Source of the DNA: Mobula birostris
Lineage: Eukaryota
Assembly: GCF_030028105.1 (NCBI RefSeq)
Contig: NC_092399.1
Location: 9,920,001-9,984,000, forward strand
Length of the DNA stretch: 64,000 nucleotides
Direction of reading: 5' to 3'
Of this stretch, positions 26,453 through 39,124 are shown piece by piece. The translations under genes and the position numbers were made by a program. The notes under the pieces were generated by a model, which was not told the DNA's origin, searched no databases, and saw nothing but the letters and a program-made list of their open reading frames with translations. The number at the start of each line of letters is the position of its first letter. Within the stretch, counting starts at the first letter, position 1.

Positions 26453-27415
26453 AAGCCACTGCTCCAGAGAAGAAAACCCAAGTTCGTCCAACCTCTCATT
26501 ATATTACGCACCCTCTGATCCTGGTGAACCTATTCTGTACCCTCTCCAAAGCCTCGACATCCTTCCCATATTGGGGTGATCAGAACTGTATGCAGTACAC
26601 CTGGTATGGCCTAACTAGTTTTATAAAGTTGTAAAGTAACTTGCTGACTTTTGAACTGAATGCCTCAATGAATAAAAGCAAGCACACCATATGCGTTCTT
26701 AACCACCTATCAACCTGTGCAGATACTTTCAGGGAGTTATGAACTTGGACCTCAAGATCCCTCTGCTCATCAACACTGTTCAGGGTCTTGCCATATTAAA
26801 TGTATTTTTCTTGTGTTCGCTTTTCTGAAACTAAGGACCATTTTTGTTAGTTTTTACCTATGTACATTTATATAATTGTTTTGACTGACACCAAGCTATG
26901 TCACTTCCTTTAAAACTTTCTTTATAATTATTTTGGATATAAAAACACTTATTGCTGCTTCATTTTTTGTTTACACTGACTCTAGATGACAGTGGTCACT
27001 GGTTGGTAATGCCTACCTTTGCATCGGTAAGTAAATTCCAATTTCCTTGCAGAATCTTGTCTGTTATTGCTGCATTACTGGGAGTGTCATCCTTTCTAAG
27101 AGATGCTATGTTGAGATATCGTCAAAATGATCCATTGGTTTTGATAAGTATTAACAATCCTGGGTATTTTCTAGATTTCTCCCTCAAATGATATTACTAA
27201 AAGTTTTCTTTGCTGAATGTGGATATACCTGCTGAATTTACATTGTACTTGAACAATATACTGCTTTGATAAGTTAGAGTCCTGTGATGCAAAAAGTGCA
27301 TCTTTCTTTCCTGCTGGCACTATGGTATTGTACTTTAACATTATTAAACAAATTCATTAATCTATTGAATATTTAAGTGATATATTTGTACAGACATAAT
27401 TTACATAATACCTAC

Positions 27416-27488
27416 CCCCTGTGTAATATCCCCATGCATAAGTAAATCGACTGGTTACCCAAATGACACCAAGCACAGAAGCAGTGAT
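27416..27488 (-). CDS. MGST3: MGST3-like exon 3 (ITASVLGVIWVTSRFTYAWGYYTG)
   Basis: 73 nt, CAG acceptor, GTAGGT donor; RxxYAxGYYTG motif. Confidence 0.93.
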
Positions 27489-28524
27489 CTGTGAAATATT
27501 AAGTACACTATATTATCCCCATGTTCAGAGTGAGAAACATTAAGAAAGACTTAACATATTCAATATTGTTTACTTACTAACATTTTAACAGCTTTTGTTC
27601 TTGTACTGAAAGTTGCTACTCAGAATTTTACAAAAATCACAGATTTTAAAGTTAAGGCACTGCAATATTTCTGATTAAGATGTACAGTACACAGTATTTA
27701 GAGTAAAATTTCTTGTAAATCTATATATTTTTTCATAGATATCAGTCACAATAGGGAATTCATGAGAAACCTCAATCTAAAGAGAAACAAGAATATATGA
27801 TGGCACACATTCTGCCCAATTTTACCTTGTCTGTAACATAGTTTTGTACCAATAGATTCAAGGCACAGTTAAGCACATAATTGGTCTGTGGGGAGGGTCA
27901 AGATTAGAAAATGGTCATTTTACACATAAACAAGGAAAAATATGCTGCTAGAGGAAGAGTATTTCTTTCCTCTATGAAAACGAGTTGGACAGAGTTAAGT
28001 ATTATAGAATTTATACAGTGAAATGCATTTTGATCAAACAGATGTCAACCGGGTGATAATAATCTATTTCTTAGCCTGAAATTTTAATAATTGTAAAAGT
28101 TCATTGATCCAGCACTTCACCAACGGGCACTTCCAAGTGTAAAATTGGCTCACTGTCAAGGGAATTCTCTGGCCAATATTACGGCAGTGCTGAGGGAGGA
28201 CTCAAGACAAATGGGTGCAGCACCTAAAGGAATATTTGGACATCTGTTGTTGCTGTGCAATGCTTGTATTTTTTTTTCTTGCCTGCTGAGTAATACTCAT
28301 TGACAAGTACTGCAGAATACTGTCTTTCGCTTCCCTTATTTTACAATCTTTAGGATTGCAGATTATGTGAAAAGATATTTAACTCTTGACTCTCAGGCAA
28401 CTCCCCCATTCCCCCTAGGATTCTGCACGATAATTTTTTATGAGTAATCATGTTAAAAATATCGCTTTCATTTTTGGGAGCAAGACTGTGTTAGTTACAT
28501 CTTAATTTAAATCTTGTAGACCTT

Positions 28525-28925
28525 TAGATGCTTCAAGAGGACCACAATCCTCTTGTGGTTTGGAGGCCTGTTTGCCTCAGTGACCCAGAGAGCTAAGTTG
28601 GCTGGAGTAAGGGGTTATGGTTTGGTTCTTGGTAGGGTCACCCATGCCAAACAGGTCAAAGGGTAGTGGTCCACTGGTCCTCCAGGTCTGGGGGAATCAG
28701 TTCAAGGCCAACAACCTGACTGGTAAACCAAAATTATTACGGAAACAGCAATGAAGATTCCTTCTAAATCTGAGTACGATGGTATTCCTGAGACTCCACC
28801 CTCAGCTTGCATGACTGACAGTAGTGAAAACCAAGAGGAAAATAATGACATGAAGACCACTACCAGAGTTGGAAGACTTTCATTACTGCTCTAAACAGCA
28901 GTGGCATTATGGGCTGGAAGTAAGG
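28525..28925 (+). mobile_element. RTE/Rex3-like 5' region fragment
   Basis: GGTAGGGTCACCCATGCCAAACAGGTC resembles the RTE/Rex3 5' UTR; possibly related remnants at about 11700-12060, 55100-55700 and 62280-62740. Confidence 0.45.
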
Positions 28926-29042
28926 AAGAGCTTTAGACAAAAGCTGAAGAAATTATACTGTAATACCCATCACCTGACTGGAAACAGCAATGAGATTGTA
29001 TATGGCAGAATATCCCCATTAACTACACTGCCATTTTCTTAC

Positions 29043-29165
29043 CGGATAGACAACTCCAGCTATCAGTTGGAAGATCAGCCATTGAGGATATATCTCCAAT
29101 GTGTTTTGATGTGCATGTTGGATGCAGTTGAATATGGGTTCTTTATCACTATACATGTTTGGATA
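29043..29165 (-). CDS. MGST3: MGST3-like exon 2 (YPNMYSDKEPIFNCIQHAHQNTLEIYPQWLIFQLIAGVVYP)
   Basis: 123 nt, phase 0/0, CAG acceptor, GTAAGA donor; MAPEG motif FNCIQxAHQNTLE. Confidence 0.93.
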
Positions 29166-31614
29166 CTGGAAGGAAATTGGAAGATACTGTCACAAAACTA
29201 ATAACAAACACAGTCCCATAACTTTTGTGAATGCCTCAGCTTCAAAAATCCACCATCAATGTTCACCAATGGAAAATTAATCCGCAAAAGTTCCATTTCA
29301 AATAACATAGCGTTTGTTCATTCATTCTGAGCCTCGTTGTATGACATGGGCGATGATGGTCTTTCAACATGTGACCATGATTGTCCTTGGCCAAGTTTTT
29401 TGGTTTGCTATTGCCTTCTTATGGGTAGTGTCTTTACAAGACGGGCCATTATCAATACTCTTCAGAGACTGTCTGCCTAGTGTCAGTGGTCGCATAGCCA
29501 GGACATGTGATATGCACCAGCTCTCATAGGATCATCCACCACCTGCTCCGATGGCTCCACGTGGCCCTGATTGGGAGGTGGGGGCTAAGCAGGTGCTACC
29601 CAAGGGCGAGCTGCAGGCTACTGGAGGGAAGGAGCGCCTTGAATCTCCACCCAGCCACACACAAATAATATATTATTCTTTAATGAATGTTTCTAAATAC
29701 ATTGCCAAATAATATACAGAGTGTGAATTTTGTTGAGTGAAAGGGTTTGGTGAGGTAATGACAACAGTGAAGATATGTATTTAAAGGATTAAGCAGATTA
29801 ATTAAATCAAATGAATCAGTCAATGGATCAAAACATGTTGTTGGATGAAACAAAGTACTTGCCTGAAAGGGAACAGTGACAGCTCACTAGAATGGTTTGG
29901 TGAGATGGTGGGTTTGACATGAGAGATTGAGTAAAATGGTATTTATTTTTTAAAGTTTACATAAATGAGGAGAGTTATCTTGTAATTTATACAATTACTA
30001 CAAGTTTCAACATGTGAAACTGAGAGAAGTTTTTCTCTGTCTAAGCAGAACCAAGAGGCACGATTTCTAGAAAAGTTATGTGACCCCTGATGCCAGGCAG
30101 ACAATCTCTGAAGAGTACTGATAATGGCTGGGGGGGGGGGTCACCCATCTTTAAAGACACTGCCCAGAAGAAGGCGATAGCAAACCACTTCTGTAGAAAA
30201 CAAAATTTGCCAATAACATTCATGGTAACCATGATCGTCCACATCATATGACACAGCACGTGCTGATGATAGAAAATATAAAGACCTGATATGATAATAT
30301 AATCGTTGCTTTTCTGCCACTTACATGCTGGGGGGGGGGGACTTTGGGGTTCTCACATTTAACTTTTGTTCATTCTTTGGGCACTTCTCTGTTTTAATGG
30401 ATGTTTTGTGAAGAAAAAGCATTTCAGAATGTATATTGTATACATTTCTGACATTAAATTGAACCTTTGATAACAATCCCTAAAAGTGAACAAAAATGAT
30501 TAAAAATATTCATGCAATACCCCCCAAGCAACTATAAGCAGCATTTGTTGAAATGGCAGAAGTGAAAAGATGACAGCAAAATTGGTGCAGTAGGTTTAAA
30601 AAAAAGGCAAAGAAACTGTAGAGCAGTTTGCAAATATGGGATTGTCTAAAATAAAAATGAAAGTTACCCATGAACAAGAACGTAGGATGTAGCTGTTCGA
30701 ATTGGTTGTGTTTTGTATTTTTAACAAGATTTTTAGCAAGACTAAAATCATCAGTTTTACCAACACACAATTTATGTTTAAATAAGTATATTTTCACAAT
30801 TATGTAGTGTTTGGCTCCGTCTACTGGTGGAAAGGGGGTAAAGCAGTTTCACAACAGTTTGTTCTTTTTCACTGGCTAAGTGTTAGCACATGACACGTGC
30901 TGTGACTGTGTATCTTTTAATTGGTTCTTCCTTATCTCAGGAATTTGCATTTTCTTAAGTACAAAACTGTCAGGCTCTGCAAATATCACCATCTTGTTCT
31001 TTGTATTTTCCTGAGGATCTTTGGTTTCATATATTCTGCATCTGGTCCTATGTTTAAGCTCTAAAATAAACGATCATGAAGCAATAAGTTTTTGCGCATT
31101 CTTGGATGCCTAAAAGAACCTGGGGATCGAAAAAAATCGCCAGATTCCAGGCTGGTAATATTGGTATGAATGTTCAAAATTGAAGGTAGTTGTCATGTAG
31201 AAAACGGAAACAGAATCAGATAATAAATTAAAATAAATCAAAGTCTGCAAATATTAATGTAATTAGACCACAAAATAGCAGTCAGGGTCCTAGAGTCAAG
31301 CAAAAGAATTTAGGTGCACAGAATGCCTCTATCTGAAATGGATAGTCTTTTGTGATTTTTTTTAAACATATGATGAGGAATAATTAGGACTTTGTGAGTA
31401 ATACATAATTAATACCAACTGTATGACCATATCCTGATTACTTCTCTCTGCTCATTTTAGCTAAAATACATATTGTAAATTCTAGTACCAATATTTACAT
31501 ATTGTACGTTCTAGTGCCAATTGTTTGGCGACAATAAAGTATAAAGTAAAGAATTTTAAATACCACTTGTTTTTTTCATTCAAAATTTTTGAAAAAATCA
31601 GTAATATAAGCCCA

Positions 31615-33661
31615 TAGTGGCCTGAAAATGTATTCTGCCCCCACAAATATTTTCACATGTTACTGTCTCATTTTCTAAATTTTAAATTAAAGGCATCCGT
31701 TAGTCTTGCGAGACCATGGATCTGCGCCCGGAAAGTCTTCACTCTCCACGGCGCAGGCCTGGGCAAGGTTGTATGGAAGACCACCAGTTCTAAATTTAAA
31801 ACATATTTAAGTATAACTTTTTGAGCTAATCTACAAAACATTGTGCATCATGTCAAATCAAAAGAAAAATTCCCCAAACCTATCAACAACGTACCAAAAA
31901 TCCAAAAACCAAAATGGTGAGGTATACATCCCCTTTGTAACTACTCCACTGACTTTGGTCAGGTGCAATATACTGTGCATTACCTTACTAACTCATCCAA
32001 TCTGTTGATGTAGAAAATTGGAGGATCACCTGAATAAACACCCCTCTTTCTGTAAGGTCCAACAGCACGGTAGATATTCAACAGACCAAACCAAAATGAA
32101 GATAAAAGAGCATTCAAGGCAAGTCAGAGAAATAATACAGATCTGGAGATGGGCACAAGACCATCTCAAAGGCACTGAACACACTTTGGAGCTCAGAGCA
32201 ATCCATTGTGGAAAAATATGAAACCATAGCCACACTGCCTAGGTCAGGCTACACCTCTAAACATAGTTGCTGGAGAAGAATAGACTTGTAAGAGAGGCTA
32301 CTGTGATGCGAACAGTCACTCTGAGTGAGCTGCAACTGGAGATGACTCCAGTTCATGGCTCCACAATCTAGAAACATAGAAAACCAGAACAATACAGACC
32401 CTTCAGCCCACAAAGCTGTGCCAAATACGTCCTGTCCTCAGAAATTACCTAGGGTTACCCATAGCCCTCTATTTTTCTCAGCTGCTTGTACCTGTCCAGG
32501 AATGTCTTAAAGGACCCTATTGTATCCGCCTCCACCACTGTCACCAGCAGCCCATTCCACACACTCACCACTCTGCGTAAAAAAACTTACCCCTGACATC
32601 TCCTCTGTACCTACTTCCAAGCACCTTAAAACCGTGTCCTCTTGTGCTAGCCATTTCAGCCTTGGGGAAAAGCTTCTGACCATCCACACGATCAATGCCT
32701 CTCATCATCTTGTATACCTCTATCAGGTCACCTCTCATCTCTAAGGCCTTGCAAAAAAAAAAAAAGGGAATTTGTGGAAGAGTGGCAAGGAAGAAGCTCT
32801 GGCTTATTTTAAAAAAAGCATACGCTTGTCCATAAAGGCTTTCAAAGCATCACTTAGAAGATACTATAAAGATGTGGAAGAAGGTCTTCATGCCGTATGA
32901 GACTAAAGTTTTACTTTTTGACCTCAACACTAAGCAGTACGTGTGGTGTAAATCTAATACTGCGCATCAGCCTGGTAACACCATCCCTACTGTAAAGTAT
33001 GGTAGAGGTAGCATCATGCTATGGGATGCTTTTCAGCAGCAGGGACTGGAGATCCAGTCAGGATTGATGGAAGATAAACACTGCTAAATACATAGAGATC
33101 CTGGATTTAAAAAAAACTTCTAGCTTCTGCTAGAAAGCGTTAACTGGGGAAGTTAGTCTTTCAGCAGGCCAGAGCAACCATAGAGTGGCTTCAAGTGGAA
33201 GAATATTGATGTTCTTGAGTGACTCAGTCAGTCTTGACCCTAACCTGATCAAACATCTCTGGCAAGACCTCAAGACTGCTGTCCACTAACACTCCCCAAC
33301 TAGCCTGGCACAGCGTGAGCAATTTTGCAAGGAGTAAAGGACAAATCTTGTTCCATCACATTGTGCAAAGCTAACAGAGACTTATCCAAAAAGACTGCTG
33401 GCTGTGATATCCTCTGGAGCAGGTCGACTAAGTATTGAGCAATGGGGGATGAATACTTTTTGAACAACAGACATTTCAGTTTTTGAAGTTTTAGATTTCC
33501 ATATTTTACAATTTTCTGGTTTTTTTTGGGCTCTACTGTGAAGAAAGGAGTATGTGATTTACAAATAACAATTCTCAGTTAAATTAATCAAAATCCCTGG
33601 TTGTAATACTCATTTATGCAAGCAAAGGGTTGGGGGCTGAACACTTTTTTTCAAGGCACTG
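31615..33661 (+). mobile_element. Decayed Tc1 transposon in MGST3-like intron 1, interrupted by a SINE fragment (about 31690-31787) and a minus-strand CR1 3' end (about 32370-32740)
   Basis: Right TIR ...GGGGGCTGAACACTTTTTTTCAAGGCACTG|TA, degenerate left TIR; transposase remnants MKIKEHSRQVRE, WKKV...[17 protein letters not shown]. Confidence 0.85.
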
Positions 33662-33950
33662 TAGGTATATTTTGATGAAAATTTATGGTTGTGAAAAAGA
33701 CTCCCCTTTGAGAAAAATGGAGCCATGGGCCTTGTCACCAAGAGGGAGCCTCCCTCCAATTTCAGGAACCAAAACCCACGGGAGAATTCAAAGGAACTTT
33801 AAATGTTAACCAGGTGGATAGACAACGGATGGATGAACAACGCAACCAGAACAGTGTTTGCTGAAAACCTTCAGCTGATAAAGAAGTAAACCCAAGTTCT
33901 GGTGTTTGGAATGGAACTAACCCTAGATAAGGGTTTTGATTTCTCCTTAC

Positions 33951-34106
33951 CTTGACGTTGTATTTCTTCCTGGCGAAGCCCACTTTGGCTCCCAGGTAAG
34001 CCAGCATGACCCAGCTGTAAATGAACACCAGGATCACGTAGCCGAACTGAGGGGGTATGAGTTGAGTGGGGTGGGCTTTCGCACTCTGCGGCGGCACGTA
34101 CTGCAT
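33951..34106 (-). CDS. MGST3: MGST3-like (mgst3b-type) exon 1 (MQYVPPQSAKAHPTQLIPPQFGYVILVFIYSWVMLAYLGAKVGFARKKYNVK)
   Basis: ATG 34106-34104 in a CpG island, GTAAGG donor at 33950; FGYV...ARKKY motif of MGST3. Confidence 0.88.
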
Positions 34107-35579
34107 AGGGGCGGCGGGCAGGCCTGGCCCCGGAGGCGGGGTGAGCTGGAGGCTGGCTCTGGACACTGGCACACGGCGAGGCCGAAGCCAAGGATCGGAA
34201 CAGCGCGCCCTCCTGCTACCAAAGGCGCGACCGCTGTGCGCCCCACCCTCTGGGGCACCGGCTCACCCTCCCCCCCTCCCCTCCAACTCAAAACCTGTTG
34301 CTGCACCCCCTCTGCAAAGAGGGTTGGATTGTCCGTCCTCTGCATGAAAATTATTGCTTTACTTTGTAGATAAGTCTTTGCAGAAAAAAAAATGTTCGAT
34401 TTTTTTTTCTCTTTAGGTGAAAACTGCTCTCTTTTGGGGAAAAAAAGATCGATCTTTCCTTTTCTGTAAGGGAAAAATGTTGGCTTCTCATCTCTAGGTT
34501 AAAAACATGATGCTGATGAAAATCGAAGCCCCGTGCTTTCTCTTTAGGAAGAGAGATGTTTCCCCCCCCCCCTCCCAATTTCCCTACTTATAGTTAACAA
34601 TTGTTACTCCGTTCTCCCGAAAATTGTTTCTTTCCATCCATGTTGACAGCTGTTCTCTATCGGTAGATATATATTGTCGGCTCTCTCTATTATATTTGAT
34701 TTTTTTTCTTTCCCTCTAATTGGTTAAAATCTTTACATTGGAGAAATGTATGGGTTCCCTCTTGTAATTTTACCTTTACTTAAATGTCTGGAATTGTTTA
34801 CTGCACTCCTCGAGTTATAAATTAGGAATTTTCGAAATTGTCAATGCTGCTGAAATTACAGAGTAATTAACTATTTGGCTCAAGTGGTCTATACTAATAT
34901 AATTGCAATTCCCCCAAACTATTTTATTACTCTTATCACCATATTCTATATTTTTCCTTGTGTTTATTTCACTTTCTCTTGGAAATATTAACTTTACCTA
35001 ATTCAATGATTTTGGTATTTAGGGCAAGTCTGTCTTTCTATTTCCTGCTGGATTTATTCACATATCTTATCTTCACATATTTAAGATAAAATTTGTTTTA
35101 TTTGTCGAGTGTACATCAAGGCATACAGTTAAATAACGTCGTTACTATCAGCGACAGTCACACGATCACAGGGTGAACGCTCAAACTCATTAAGGACAGT
35201 GGCGGGAATTGAACCCCGATCAATTCGTAGTTTTGGGCTACCCTGCGAGTGGAATTACCATACAGGCATCTTTTTTTTGTCAGAGAATGGAACCCTCATC
35301 TTAACCTTTCCCGGTAATATTTTTTAAAAAAACAGGCGGTGTTTCTGCATCTGGACCAGCACAAGGGTTAGAGGTAATGAAGCAGCAATGACGTAAAGCG
35401 AGCTGAAATGTTGCCCTTAGTTGGAGATATTGCAGACTTCCATTCAAATGTTATTGTTGTTTTTCTCTGTTTCTTCCAAATGCTATTCAATATGGAGAAA
35501 AGCTTATTCTTCATCTAAAATATGTTTAGTATGTGTATAGTTATTCTTATGCTATTTTTGGTTAAAATAAATTGTATAT

Positions 35580-35889
35580 ACTGTATAGGCATCCTTTAGT
35601 CTCGTGAGACCATGGATTTGCGCCTTGGAAGGTTTCCAGGTTGCAGGCCTGGGCAAGGTTGTATGGAAGACCAGCAGTTGCCCATGCTGCAAGTCTCCCC
35701 TCTCCACGACACCAATGTTGTCCAAGGGAAGGGCATTAGGACCCATACAACTTGGCACCGGTGTCGTCGCAGAGCAATGTGTGATTAAGTGCCTTGCTCA
35801 AGGACACAACACGTTGCCTCGGCCAAGCCTCGAACTAGCGACCTTCAAATCACTAGAGGAATGCCTTAACCACTTGGCCACACGCCAAC
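35580..35889 (-). mobile_element. tRNA-derived CORE-like SINE, full length
   Basis: Minus strand A box TGGCCAAGTGG, B box GTTCGAGGC and CORE-like GTGTCCTTGAGCAAGGCACTTAA; 11-bp TSD AAATTGTATAT. Confidence 0.8.
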
Positions 35890-36661
35890 AAATTGTATAT
35901 GTGCTTTGAAAATTTGCATATAGTTCTGAATTGTAACCATTACTCTGGGTGTAGAAAAGACTAGCAACTTGTAATCTGCATTGTGTAGTGAGTTTATCTA
36001 ATTAATCACTGCCCGATTGCATTTTCCAGCATTCTGTGTGTGTGTTATTCTAATGAGAATGGGATATGAACCCACGTTTGCACCGTTTATGTGGGGCGGT
36101 AGATGGTAAGAGGGTTCCTTGCTTATGTTTGACCTAATCCTAAGAGATTTTGACCAGACGCCTGCACCATCACTTCTGGTCCGATGGAAAAATCTGGCAT
36201 ATCGTTTGTGACATACCAGTGCAACTGCTGGACTGGTCTGTTCTAGTACTAGTTCCAGATCTTCCTAGGGACATTGTATGGTCAGTTCTACTGAAGGATC
36301 CTCCTGGATCTGAGCAGGTTGTTGAAGCTTAAATCGGATGGCCGTAACCATCTTGCTTGTCTGGTGACGTCACTGAGTTTTGCTAAAGAAGGGAACAACA
36401 TGGAAGCAAGGAGATAATCTTAAATCAAGACTTCAGAAATTTTCCAAATTTAAGGGACAAAATATTAATTCATCACAATTTATTTCTGGAAAAAAGTACA
36501 TATTGATTGACCAAAAGAAAAGCCCAAGTCTGCACCTATGAAATAAAACGACAAATATAATTCAAACACGAGGAAATCTGCAGATGCTGGAATTTCAAGC
36601 AACAGACATAAAAGTTGCTGGTGAACGCAGCTGGCCAGGCAGCATCTCTAGGAAGAGGTAC

Positions 36662-36697
36662 AGTCGACGTTTCAGGCCGAGACCCTTCGTCAGGACT
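36662..36697 (-). ncRNA. Minimal type I hammerhead ribozyme motif
   Basis: AGTC-CTGACGA-AGGGTCTCGGCCT-GAAACGTC-GACT: full core, stem I AGTC/GACT, stem II AGG/CCT, palindromic ACGT stem III, GUC cleavage triplet. Confidence 0.8.
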
Positions 36698-38358
36698 AAC
36701 TGAAAGAAGAACTAGTAAGAGATTTGAAAGTGGGAGGGGGAGGGGGAGATTCAAAATGATAGGAGAAGACAGGAGGGGGAGGGATGGAGCCAAGAGCTGG
36801 ACAGGTGATTGGCAAAAGGGATATGAGAGGAACATGGAACAGGAGGCCTAGGGAGAAAGAAAAGGTGGGGGGAGCCCAGAGGATGGGCAAGGGGTATAGT
36901 CAGAGGGACAGAGGGAGAAAAAGGAGAGAGAGATAAAGAATGTGTGTATATAAATAAATAACGGATGGGGTACTGCATTGGACGACTGCATTGGCGCTGC
37001 TTCCTGCGTGCATGCTGAGCTCGTTGACTTCATTAACTTTGCCTCCAACTTTCACCCTGCCCTCAGGTTTACCTGGTCCATTTCCAACACCCGCCTCCCC
37101 TGTCTAGATCTTTCTGTCTCTATCTCTGGAGACAGCTTATCTACTGATGTCTACTATAAGCCTACTGACTCTCACAGCTATCTGGACTATTCCTCTTCTC
37201 ACCCTGTCTCTTGCAAAAATGCCATCACCTTCTCACAATTCCTCCAGCTCTGCCGCATCTGCTGTCAGGATGAGGCTTTTCTCAGGACAAGGGAGATGTC
37301 CTTTTTTAAACAGAGGGGCTTCCCTTCCTCCACCATCAACTCTGCTCTCAAAGGCATCTCCCCCATTTCACGCATATCTGCTCTCACTCCATCCTCCCGC
37401 CACCCCACTAGGAATAGGGTTCCCCTTGTCCTCACCTACCACCCCACCAGCCTCCGGGTCCAACATATAATTCTCCGTAACTTCCGCCACCTCCAACGGG
37501 ATCCCACCACTAAACACATCTTTCCCTCTCCCCCCCTCTTTCTGCTTTCCGCAGGGATCGCTCCCTACGCGACTCCCTTGTCTATTCATCCCCCCCATCC
37601 CTCCTCACCGATCTCCCTCCTGGCACTTATCCTTGTAAGTGGAACAAGTGCTACACATGCCCTTATACTTCCTCCCTCACCACCATTCAGGGCCCCAGAC
37701 AGTCCTTCCAGGTGAGGCGACACTTCACTTGTGAGTCGGCTGGGGTGATATACTGCGTCCGGTGCTCCCGATGTGGCCTTCTATATATTGGCGAGACCCG
37801 ACGCAGACTGGGAGATCGTTTTGTTGAACACCTACGCTCTGTCCACCAGAGAAAGCAGGATCTCCCAGTGGCCACACATTTCAATTCCACGTCCCATTCC
37901 CATTCTGATATGTCTATCCACGGCCTCCTCTACTGTAAAGATGAAGCCACACTCAGGTTGGAGGAACAACACTTTATATTCCGTCTGGGTAGCCTCCAAC
38001 CTGATGGCATGAACATTGACATCTCAAACTTCTGCTAATACCCCATCCGTTATTTATTTATATACACACATTCTTTTTCTCTCTCTCCTTTTCCTTTCTC
38101 TCCTTTTTCTCCCTCTGTCCCTCTAACTATACCCCTTGCCCATCCTCTGGGTTTTTCCCCCCTCCCTCTTTTCCTTCTCCCTGGGCCTCCTGTCCCATGA
38201 TCCTCTCATATCCCTTTTGCCAATCACCTGTCCAGCTCTTGGCTCCATCCCTCCCCCTCCTGTCTTCTCCTATCATTTTGGACCTCCCCCTCCCCCTCCC
38301 CCTCCCCCTCCCCCTCCCCCTCCCACTTTCAAATCTCTCACTAGCTCTCCTTTCAGTT

Positions 38359-38394
38359 AGTCCTGACGAAGGGTCTCGGCCTGAAACGTCAACT
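38359..38394 (+). ncRNA. Minimal type I hammerhead ribozyme motif (one stem I mismatch)
   Basis: AGTC-CTGACGA-AGGGTCTCGGCCT-GAAACGTC-AACT. Confidence 0.72.
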
Positions 38395-38859
38395 ATTACC
38401 TCTTCCTAGAGATGCTGCCTGGCCTGCTGCATTCACCAGCAACTTTTATGTGCGTTGACAAATAAAATTAACAGGCAAAAAAAAATGCGGAAGGAACTCA
38501 TCAAATCAGGCAGCATCTATGGAGGGAAATAAAACCGAGGACGTTTCTGGTCGAGACCCTTCACCAGGACTGGAAAGGAAGGGCAGAAGCCAGATATGAA
38601 GGTGGAGGAAGGCATAGGATTACTTTTTGGCATGTAAATTTGATTAGTGTTTTGGGCTGGAAGATCCTCATCCAAGATACTGATATTGCCTTATGATGAA
38701 GCAGCCAGGCAGCATCAGTTGACAATTGCTCCCTAACCGCCTCATCATCATCTGCTCATATTCTACCTTTCTTCAGTCTCTGTATTTAACTGTTTCTCCT
38801 TTGGCCATCGCTCTTGATTGACAGCCGTTCTGCCCATTCGTGCTTCGAATAGACAGAAA

Positions 38860-39124
38860 CAGCCGGGACCAAGCGCCGATTAAACGCCTCCCTGCTTTCT
38901 GATAGGCTGAATTTTCAGTCATTCTCCACATCAGCCAATGGGAATAAGGTCATGCGGAAGAGAGCCAATAACAGTGAAGTGAAGGCGGACCCCCCGGTGT
39001 CACAATGGTGATAAAAGGAGAGAAGCGCCTGTTTAGCTGCAGTTCATAAGATGGTGGCGACGGGTAGCAGGGGAGTTAGTGCCCTTGTGGAGTCCTCGGC
39101 GATTAAAGGCAATAATTGTAAACG
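38860..39124 (+). promoter_or_regulatory. RSRP1: RSRP1 promoter and first exon
   Basis: CpG-enriched; two AGCCAAT boxes (about 38932 and 38963); GC-box-like GGCGGA; YY1-like AAGATGGTGGCG at 39048; GTAAGA donor at 39125. Confidence 0.65.

Larger units (their letters stand above)
36563..38456 (+). mobile_element. 5'-truncated Penelope-like retroelement (RT C-terminus plus GIY-YIG endonuclease) with inverted pseudo-LTR
   Basis: DDC, TDVYYKPTDSHSYL, VIYCVRCSRCGLLYIGET..R..EH; about 36600-36968 is an inverted copy of about 38041-38456; 13-bp TSD GACAAATATAATT / GACAAATAAAATT. Confidence 0.93.

Noticed and set aside
33762-34172. 136-aa single-exon ORF from the track
   Set aside because: Starts at GTG and reads through the splice donor at 33950; the real product is the spliced MGST3-like CDS
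35820-35886. tRNA gene on the minus strand
   Set aside because: A/B boxes belong to a SINE head with a CORE-like body and TSD; no full cloverleaf
36978-38038. Functional RT / GIY-YIG host gene
   Set aside because: 5'-truncated and frameshifted Penelope-like ORF
17600-38800. RH-family exons expected from human synteny
   Set aside because: None recognised; RHD in this interval is a primate duplication, so absence is unremarkable
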